Shown: piece after piece, positions 1 through 7,788 of the stretch
Position numbering within the stretch: position 1 is the stretch's first letter
Layout: each line of letters opens with the position of its first letter
Source of the DNA: an uncultured Fidelibacterota bacterium
Lineage (GTDB): Bacteria > Fidelibacterota > Marinisomatia > Marinisomatales > UBA1611
Direction of reading: 5' to 3'
NCBI GenBank assembly: GCA_913040915.1
Contig: CAJWHW010000019.1
Span: 1 to 40,234 of the forward strand
Length of the DNA stretch: 40,234 bases
Notes under the pieces: model-generated
What the model was told of the DNA's origin: nothing
Seen by the model: the letters and a program-made list of their open reading frames with translations, nothing else
Database searches by the model: none
Position numbers and translations under genes: made by a program

Positions 1-2000
1 TCATCACCCATTAAAAATATTTCTATTGGCTCTTTTAAAATATTTTTATCATTTGGATAATGGATAAATGGATGTCTAACTATAGGAAGACCGCTATTAT
101 ATGCTTCATCCATGAGAATTTTTCGATAGAATCCCAATGCTTTAAAAATACGGCTCATTTTACTAAAATGTGCCATAGTCTCTCTATTACTGTATACTTG
201 ATGATTATCATCCGGTCTATTTCCCTCATGGGTACGTAAGACTGCAGTAAATGTATTTAACTCTGTCCATCGCATTAATAACTCTTGCGACCTAATATAT
301 TTTAAAAGAGAAGTTTTTATTGCGGTATATCCTCCAGCATCACTATGATTTATAGTATAGCCGGAAAAACCTGAAGACAAAAGACCATTTAATGCTGTTT
401 TTATTCCATCATAATTATCCCATGATGTAAGTTGATCTCCAAGCCAAAACATTGATGTATATCCAGGACTTTTTGAAAATCCGGAGCGACAAAAGTATAT
501 TAGATTATCCAAATTGGATTCTTCCACAATCTCTTGGTTTAATTTTGACCATATTTCTGGATATTGATTATGAAATCTAGCTCCAGTCTCTTCATTATAT
601 AATTTAGAATCATATGGTAGTGCTTCCCCAAAATCCGCCATCCATCCATCAATACCCAGTGATAGCATATTCTTTTTTATCATATCTTTGTACCAGATTC
701 TTACTTCTGGATTGGTTAAGTCTAACAAAGATGCCGAAAATGTTGTGATATCTAGATCATATGGTATACCATTTTCATCATTTACAAAATAGGATTTACT
801 TTTAGCATAATCATAATAATTGACCTTGTAATTATCTTTTTCTTCTACGTTTGTCAAAAAAGGATTAGTATAGGTCAATACCCTTATGTTTTTGCTGTCT
901 AGAAAGGTCATCAGTGAATCCCAATGATGATAATGATCACTATCTAACTCCCAATTCCACCATAATTGTTTCCCAAATGAAGTAATTCTTTGTCCTACCC
1001 AGTCTTGTAGCCAAACTGCTGCTATTTCTACATTATTATCTATTAGCCTATTTACTATTCCAAAAACACGCTCTGTTCCGCCTTGAAGGCCTATTATTGA
1101 TCCATTATGAATCCAATTAGGGAGCGGACGCATTCTGCCTGAATAAAGCGTATATTCTTGAATTATAGATGCTGGATCTTTACCAGTTATAATACCACCT
1201 TCAATAATATTTGAGAATACTTCAATCGTAAGTTCATCTTTATCTTTAAAATCAAAAATAGAATACTCAGTATTTTTGATAAAAATTGAATGAAGATTAC
1301 TAGATATATAATGTGGCACAGGCGCATATGTGGTAAAAGCATTACCGCCTGAATTAGCAACTAAATCGACAAGGAAAGTAATTGGTTGTTTACCACGGCC
1401 TATCCCCTGTTCTGACACAAATATTGGCACCCTCTTTCCTTTAAGGTTTACATGTGTAAATTGCTCACCAAAACCAAAAATATTTTCTTTAGGATCTGAG
1501 TAGGTTATAATGGACGAACGATTACACAGTCTAGAATCAATTTCTAAACGGAATGATAGTTGATTATCTGATACCGGAAAAAACTTAAGTGTGAAATGTG
1601 TTTTATTATCATTTTTATTTAGTAAATGTCCCTTTACTGACACAGTATCATGTTTCATGTCAAATTGTTCTATTATTTGTCTGTTATATATAGTTAGCTT
1701 TTTATCCTTGATAAAAAATGATCCATGATCTTCTTTGACTTTTTCAACTCCTTTTGATCCTGATATAAAAGGTTTATTATCTATTGTTCTCCATACAGTC
1801 TTATTTGGGTTAGAATGATGAGTAATTTTTATACTTTTTGTTTTATTAAAATAATAAAAATAAAATTCTCCAATACGATAATCGATTGTATTTTGATTTT
1901 CCTTGGTGAATTTTATTGACTGATTTGTTACAATTATAGATGCATTTAAAAAACAGAAAATGTATAAATACGTTATGATAAAAAACAAAAGCCTATTCAT
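1..2000 (-). CDS. Secreted GH31 alpha-glycosidase, sulfoquinovosidase (YihQ)-like; 3' end runs off the window
   Basis: Not in the ORF track. Hand-translated segments from ATG 2000 all fall in one frame: MNRLLFFIITYLYIFCFLNA (signal peptide-like), IFGFGEQFTHVNLKGKRVPIFVSEQGIGR, GLQGGTE, WLQDWVGQRITSFGKQLWWNW, nucleophile motif GWMADFGEALP, acid/base motif WLGDQ, HSDAGGY. The frame is still open at base 1. Confidence 0.92.
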   Translation of the reverse strand, partial: MNRLLFFIITYLYIFCFLNASIIVTNQSIKFTKENQNTIDYRIGEFYFYYFNKTKSIKITHHSNPNKTVWRTIDNKPFISGSKGVEKVKEDHGSFFIKDKKLTIYNRQIIEQFDMKHDTVSVKGHLLNKNDNKTHFTLKFFPVSDNQLSFRLEIDSRLCNRSSIITYSDPKENIFGFGEQFTHVNLKGKRVPIFVSEQGIGRGKQPITFLVDLVANSGGNAFTTYAPVPHYISSNLHSIFIKNTEYSIFDFKDKDELTIEVFSNIIEGGIITGKDPASIIQEYTLYSGRMRPLPNWIHNGSIIGLQGGTERVFGIVNRLIDNNVEIAAVWLQDWVGQRITSFGKQLWWNWELDSDHYHHWDSLMTFLDSKNIRVLTYTNPFLTNVEEKDNYKVNYYDYAKSKSYFVNDENGIPYDLDITTFSASLLDLTNPEVRIWYKDMIKKNMLSLGIDGWMADFGEALPYDSKLYNEETGARFHNQYPEIWSKLNQEIVEESNLDNLIYFCRSGFSKSPGYTSMFWLGDQLTSWDNYDGIKTALNGLLSSGFSGYTINHSDAGGYTAIKTSLLKYIRSQELLMRWTELNTFTAVLRTHEGNRPDDNHQVYSNRETMAHFSKMSRIFKALGFYRKILMDEAYNSGLPIVRHPFIHYPNDKNILKEPIEIFLMGD

Positions 2001-2186
2001 CAGTCACTAAGTGAATTATTATATATTTTTTGATGAACTATTTTAGTGGAAATTCTATTAATACTATGAAACTACCCAGAAGAACAACACCTGCTAGAAG
2101 TGCAGCTCACATTACTACAATTCAAGTAGATTACAATTAATCATTTTCGATTAATCTGAATTGTTATATTATTTTCATAATTGATA

Positions 2187-5100
2187 TTATTTAAGGAGTA
2201 TCATCTTTTTACTTGCTCTAAAATCACCTGCCTGAATAGTATAAATATACATGCCAGCGGATACATTCTCTCCTAAATTGTTTGTAGCATTCCATTCAAT
2301 ACTTTTATAACCGGCTTTTTGAGTGTTCGTTTTTAATGATATTACTTCTCTTCCCGAAATATCAAAAATTCTGATGTCAACATTACTTTCTTTTGGTAAA
2401 TCGTAACGTATGATTGTTCTAGGATTAAATGGATTTGGATAATTTTGATGAAGGAAATACTTTTCTGGTGTTATGTCTGTTTCTATGTCCAAAATATTGC
2501 TCAAATCAAATTGAATATTTCTTATTTCATTGGATATAGTAGTATCTTCACCATCTAACGAAAAAACAGTCCAATATCTTTCTAAGGTATCTTGGTTAGA
2601 ATCGCCCATAGTATCGATAAAGATTTGATAGTTTAGATATAAAACAGTATCAGAAATAGTAGTATCAAATACTACTATTGAATCATCTACATAGGGTGCA
2701 TTAAATAACATGAATTTATATAAAATTTCATTTCCATCTGGATCTATACTTGACTCCCATATCATTTCAAGTTGAGATCCCTGTTCTATATCTTCTTGTG
2801 TAATAACAGTGTTAGAAGAATCATCAGGACTGATTAAATTAAATTCTGTCGGTGGATGATTCCCATCTTGCAATTGAAAAGACAAATGAGGCCACACACT
2901 TTTCATGGTAGCATATCCAGAATTATGGTTTTCAACAGTTGAGTTAAACTCGCCTTTTAGAACTAATCTTTCAGAACTGTAGAATGATATATGGTCGTTC
3001 GTATCAAGCACACCTAAAGAGAATGAATGAATCCCACCATCATTTATATAATCAGAAATATTGAACTCAATAGGTACATTTTCTATAATTGATGAAACTG
3101 TATCAATAGGTTCAATTAAACTATGATTGGCCAACCCTATATTATTTTCATCTAATCTTTCACCCCAATATGTATTATAGTATTTATATAATACTAAACC
3201 ACCTGTCAATGAGTTTACAGTTTCTGGAATTAAATATAATTTTGTTATACTTAAGTCATTAATAAATGAAGGTATATCAAACTTCAGAAATGAATTAAAA
3301 TCTTTAGAGACTGTTAATGTTTGGATATGCTGTGGTAGATAGGTGCTATCTGCAATGGATATATTTATAGATCGATCATTTTGTGGGAATAATCTATCTG
3401 TAGTAGTAAAAGTCCAATTTTGGCTATCTGAAGTTCCTTCAATACCGTTAACATGAACAGACCATGTATAGGAAGATCCAGGCCTGAGTTTTACAAACAT
3501 TACATTTAAAGGATATGTGAAAGAATTAGTTTGGCTTAATCCTGGACCATTAATTGTAACTGTGGCGGTAACACCATCATAGTTTTCTGACCATGGATAA
3601 TTCCAAGCAATACCATATTCTAAAGGTACATTCGTAGCACCATTACTAGGGATTGGAACACTTGGATAATTAAACCTATAGCCGGGTATCCAATAGACCG
3701 AATCACCATATTCATAAGGACCAATATCTGGTGCATCTCCTACATAAGCTCTATTTTGGTTTGGATATGCTGGTTCATGATAAAAATCTTCATCTTGTCC
3801 ATCATTTATACCCTCAATTATTTTACCACCATCGATAAATATTGAACCCTTTTTGGGTCTAAAATCATAAGACTGTATTCGATCATCTACAAATGGATCT
3901 TCTCCAAAAATATTTACTAGTTGCTGTGTTGATCTATTTTTATTATCAACCCAAGGATTTTCCATTTCCAGTTGAGGAAAAGATTGAGACCAATTTCCTT
4001 CATTATTATCGATTGGGAAATGCCTCCCGTACCAGTTTCCAGATTCGTTTAATAGAAATTCCGGATCAGTGTTTACGACATTTTCTCCATAATTTGTAAT
4101 GAATTGATCACCACAATCATTGGATGCACAGCCAAAATTTCTACCTGATATAACATTATGAACATCTGTATTAATATTTCCTAATCCATTTTCTACATTT
4201 TGCTCAAATTCATCCGAACCATAATCACCGCAGTATTTATCTGCTCTTAATACTACATCATTATCATAATTATCATAAGCAGCAATATGATAAACATTAT
4301 GTTTATCTCCTTTGATACGAAATCCACGTTTATTTCCAATGGAAACTACATGATGTACAAGTCCAAATTGTCCAGCGCAGTTACCATCAAATCGTAAACC
4401 ATTACGATTTGTATTGAATAACCAACAATATCTTGTGGTGGATTTGTTAGCAGCACCTGAAGCTCTTCCTATTCCAGATCCATCTGAGTCTTGGTAATGA
4501 TTTTCTATCCATGCATATTCGACAAGAGATCTTTTACCGGGGCCAATATTACCCGATCTATTTTGTCTCATAGTGATATATCGCCATGTATCTGGAAAAT
4601 AATTTTCATCATTGGTTATGTCAGCATTACAGTTAACACAATTATCATCTACTTTTAGGTTCCAATACTCGCTCCCAAACCACCCGTTATATTCTGCGAG
4701 TATATTCTCATATACCGGCCAACGTACTTTCCTAGTTCTAAAAATATATGCATCGACAACATATCTAAAAATACTATTTCTTACTGTATTACGAAGACCA
4801 TTGACCATCATATTTCCTCTATGACGCTTATCAATTCCAGCTGATTCCATTGCATGATGTCTGAGACCAACTTCCCAACTATGACTGAAAATTGAATTTT
4901 TAAATGTTATATAACTTGCATCTCTTGTAAAAACAGCACCAGCATAAAAATGAAAATTATCAAAAACAATATTGTCCGAGTAATGAAGATAAATTGAATA
5001 AGTTCTTACTCTTACGCGAACATTTGAAGAATCAGGAATATTTTCTCCTGCATATATGTAAAGACTATTGGTATTTTTATCAAAAGAGAACTCTTCAAGG

Positions 5101-6377
5101 GTGTCTAAGTTATCTAAATCAGCAGGGTAATAATTTCCAGCGTATGGAGCTCCTCCATGATTTACCGAAAGAAATGTATTTTGTTCGGGATTATCTTTGT
5201 TTCCAGATGGGTGATCAGTAGGGTTTTTAAAATTTACAGGCATTGATGGGATCATATAACGATCATTTACAAAAACTCCATAAATTGTATCAATAAGTGT
5301 GTTAGCTTTCCTTGAAATAGCTCCCATATCAAGAACTGCTTTATAAACTTGGTGACCATTATGATTATAAGGTTCCCACTCTGCGTTTATTTCAATTGTG
5401 CCATCAATTTTTGTATTATGATTCTCTCCCACAAGTGAAATTGACGGTCCTTCTTGATATGTTGACCTGTTTATATTTTCACCAAAAATAAGATCTGTGT
5501 AACGCCCTTCTTTTACAAAAATTGTTTGTCCGCCTTCAGCTACTTCAAGTGCCCCTGAAATGGATGGGTAGGGGCAGTTATAGGATCCATCAGGTCCATC
5601 TGGACATGATTCATTATATAAATATTCTGGCAGTATCTGTGCATCACTTATTGTAGCATGATATTGGTTTGATGAAAGATCAATTATATTAAAATCTTCA
5701 TCAGTGTCCATAGTATAATATGCGAGCAATCCATTTACAGAAGAATCATTTAAGCTATACATATTTTCTAAGATCTCAAGACGAGTTCTAGCAACACTCC
5801 AAATTCTTACTTCATCAATCTTTCCAGAAAACCTTGTACCTATAGAGGTAATTGGGATTGCTGAAGGAACTAATCCAGACCATCTCAAGGTACTATCTAT
5901 TGGGACACCATCAAGATACAATACTGCCTTATTACCATCAAAAGTAAAAGCTACATGTTGCCATATATTTGCACTTCTTACGTTAGCTACAATTCTATTT
6001 TTTATTTGATCATCGTGAGAGAATCCATAGTAAATATCATCATTTCTTATAAAAGTAATGTGTGGAGAAGACCTTCCGTATTGATTACCACTGAAAATCA
6101 AATTACCAATAATTTTTTGATGATAATCACTAGTAGAATCATGAGAGTAGTAAAGAGCTTCCAATGTGAATGCGGTACCTAGAGACTGAAAATTGTCAGG
6201 AAGTTTTATTTCATCTTTTGAGTCATTACCATGGTTATTCCAACCGCCGTGTTTTGTAAAACGGTCAAATTTGGCATAATATTCTTTTTCATAGGTAATA
6301 CTTTTATCAACATAGATATCTTGGGAAAAAAGTATTATTATAGTAGTCTGCATAAAAATTAGTTTAAAGTATTTCAT
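2187..6377 (-). CDS. Large secreted multidomain protein: signal peptide, LamG-like domain, right-handed beta-helix region, DNRLRE/CBM96-like domain, T9SS type A-like C-terminal sorting domain
   Basis: WQHVAFTFDG..LYLDG..FSGKIDEVRIWSVART (LamG); GSYNCPYPSISGAL..GQTIFVKEGRY (beta-helix start); DFRPKKGS..IDGG and GDAPDIGPYEYG (beta-helix end); SFLKFDIP..IEFNISDYI..SFYSSE (DNRLRE-like); LHQNYPNPFNPRTIIRYDLP..SAGMYIYTIQAGDFRASKKMILLK (CTD). Confidence 0.85.
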   Translation of the reverse strand: MKYFKLIFMQTTIIILFSQDIYVDKSITYEKEYYAKFDRFTKHGGWNNHGNDSKDEIKLPDNFQSLGTAFTLEALYYSHDSTSDYHQKIIGNLIFSGNQYGRSSPHITFIRNDDIYYGFSHDDQIKNRIVANVRSANIWQHVAFTFDGNKAVLYLDGVPIDSTLRWSGLVPSAIPITSIGTRFSGKIDEVRIWSVARTRLEILENMYSLNDSSVNGLLAYYTMDTDEDFNIIDLSSNQYHATISDAQILPEYLYNESCPDGPDGSYNCPYPSISGALEVAEGGQTIFVKEGRYTDLIFGENINRSTYQEGPSISLVGENHNTKIDGTIEINAEWEPYNHNGHQVYKAVLDMGAISRKANTLIDTIYGVFVNDRYMIPSMPVNFKNPTDHPSGNKDNPEQNTFLSVNHGGAPYAGNYYPADLDNLDTLEEFSFDKNTNSLYIYAGENIPDSSNVRVRVRTYSIYLHYSDNIVFDNFHFYAGAVFTRDASYITFKNSIFSHSWEVGLRHHAMESAGIDKRHRGNMMVNGLRNTVRNSIFRYVVDAYIFRTRKVRWPVYENILAEYNGWFGSEYWNLKVDDNCVNCNADITNDENYFPDTWRYITMRQNRSGNIGPGKRSLVEYAWIENHYQDSDGSGIGRASGAANKSTTRYCWLFNTNRNGLRFDGNCAGQFGLVHHVVSIGNKRGFRIKGDKHNVYHIAAYDNYDNDVVLRADKYCGDYGSDEFEQNVENGLGNINTDVHNVISGRNFGCASNDCGDQFITNYGENVVNTDPEFLLNESGNWYGRHFPIDNNEGNWSQSFPQLEMENPWVDNKNRSTQQLVNIFGEDPFVDDRIQSYDFRPKKGSIFIDGGKIIEGINDGQDEDFYHEPAYPNQNRAYVGDAPDIGPYEYGDSVYWIPGYRFNYPSVPIPSNGATNVPLEYGIAWNYPWSENYDGVTATVTINGPGLSQTNSFTYPLNVMFVKLRPGSSYTWSVHVNGIEGTSDSQNWTFTTTDRLFPQNDRSINISIADSTYLPQHIQTLTVSKDFNSFLKFDIPSFINDLSITKLYLIPETVNSLTGGLVLYKYYNTYWGERLDENNIGLANHSLIEPIDTVSSIIENVPIEFNISDYINDGGIHSFSLGVLDTNDHISFYSSERLVLKGEFNSTVENHNSGYATMKSVWPHLSFQLQDGNHPPTEFNLISPDDSSNTVITQEDIEQGSQLEMIWESSIDPDGNEILYKFMLFNAPYVDDSIVVFDTTISDTVLYLNYQIFIDTMGDSNQDTLERYWTVFSLDGEDTTISNEIRNIQFDLSNILDIETDITPEKYFLHQNYPNPFNPRTIIRYDLPKESNVDIRIFDISGREVISLKTNTQKAGYKSIEWNATNNLGENVSAGMYIYTIQAGDFRASKKMILLK

Positions 6378-6411
6378 AATTTTTATCTGGAATGAAGGCT
6401 ACATTAATTAT

Positions 6412-7290
6412 CTAAAGCAATTTCTCGGCTGCTTCTACAGTATTCTCAACTAACATTGCGATTGTCATGGGTCCAACTCCACCTGGGACAGGTGTAGCCG
6501 CTGATACTATTGATCGAATTGATTCCCAATCAGCATCTCCTACCAGTTCATACCCCTTATTATTATCAGCATCTATTTTGTTTATGCCAACATCAATAAC
6601 AATAGTATTATTTTTGAGCATCTCACCTTTTAAAAAGTGCGCCACACCAAGAGCAACAATCACAATATCTGCTGTCTGTGTAAAATCAGAAATATTAAGC
6701 GTACCTGAATGACAAACCGTTGTTGTCCCATCGGCACCATCCTGCTTTAAACTTGTAAGAATTGAGATTGGGCGACCTACAATATTGCTTCTACCTATTA
6801 CAACAACATGCTTACCTTTTAAATCGATACTATAATGGGATAAAATTCGCATTATGCCTTTTGGTGTACAGGGTATAAATCGTGGTTTTCCAATAGATAG
6901 AAGTCCAACATTTTCAGGGTGAAATCCATCCACATCTTTTTTCGGATCAATGGTTTCTAATACTCTTTGCGAATTGATATGTTCTGGAAGAGGTAACTGA
7001 ACAAGTATTCCATGGAATCGGTCATTTTCATTGAGATTTGAGATTAGATCCAATAATTCTTCTTCAGGCGTGTCATTGTCCATAAAAAAGGTTTCTGAGA
7101 ACAGCTCGAGTTGATTGAATTTCATGCTTTTTGATCTTACATAGAGATGAGACGCGAGATCATTTCCTACCAAAACCACCGCCAATCCTGGTGTAATGCT
7201 TTTCTTCTTTAAGAAAGTGATTCTTTTCCGAAGATCATTAAAAACTGAGGTGCTGACATCCTTTCCTGAAAGGATTAATGTATCAGACAT
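6412..7290 (-). CDS. folD: Bifunctional methylenetetrahydrofolate dehydrogenase/cyclohydrolase
   Basis: GILVQLPLP, KDVDGFHP, PCTP, GRSNIVGRP, TPVPGGVGPMT motifs. Confidence 0.98.
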   Translation of the reverse strand: MSDTLILSGKDVSTSVFNDLRKRITFLKKKSITPGLAVVLVGNDLASHLYVRSKSMKFNQLELFSETFFMDNDTPEEELLDLISNLNENDRFHGILVQLPLPEHINSQRVLETIDPKKDVDGFHPENVGLLSIGKPRFIPCTPKGIMRILSHYSIDLKGKHVVVIGRSNIVGRPISILTSLKQDGADGTTTVCHSGTLNISDFTQTADIVIVALGVAHFLKGEMLKNNTIVIDVGINKIDADNNKGYELVGDADWESIRSIVSAATPVPGGVGPMTIAMLVENTVEAAEKLL

Positions 7291-7308
7291 ATAAAGAAAA
7301 AACTTTAG

Positions 7309-7599
7309 TTAAATAGATTCGTCAATAAGTTCAATCAGTGAAGATATTTTTTCTTCAATATCAGAATCTTCCGTATCACCAGATTGACGAGAATTAAATA
7401 ATTCGTCTGTAATGTTCATTCCAGCTAATATAGCAATCCTAGTTGAAGATTGAGTTGTTGTAAATCCCGATTGAACTTCTCTCATTTTTTCATCTAAGTA
7501 CTGAGCAATTTTTTTTATGTAATCTGGGTCAGCTGGTGCTTTTACAGAATATTCTTGTCCAAATATTGAAATTTTTACTTTATTGTTATCGTCACTCAT
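7309..7599 (-). CDS. zapA: Cell division protein ZapA
   Basis: VKISIFGQEY..YIKKIAQYLDEKMRE..RIAILAGMNITDEL pattern; usual position downstream of pheT. Confidence 0.92.
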   Translation of the reverse strand: MSDDNNKVKISIFGQEYSVKAPADPDYIKKIAQYLDEKMREVQSGFTTTQSSTRIAILAGMNITDELFNSRQSGDTEDSDIEEKISSLIELIDESI

Positions 7600-7602
7600 T
7601 TA

Positions 7603-7788
7603 TTATGAATTCTCCAATTGATTAAACAATTGAATTAGATTTTTAACTTTTTCCTCAATACGAGAAAGTTTTTCAGATTCTTTTAGAGACTTATCAGAAT
7701 TTTTGTTCATTTCACGCTCACGTTTCAGTGAAGAGACTAATTCCCGTATTTTCACTTCCAATTCATTTAATAATGTTAAGTCTTTCAT
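7603..7788 (-). CDS. Small coiled-coil protein, ZapB-like by position
   Basis: 61 aa heptad-rich (LNELEVKIRELVSSL..IEEKVKNLIQLF); ATGA overlap with pheT and 3 nt from zapA. Confidence 0.75.
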   Translation of the reverse strand: MKDLTLLNELEVKIRELVSSLKREREMNKNSDKSLKESEKLSRIEEKVKNLIQLFNQLENS

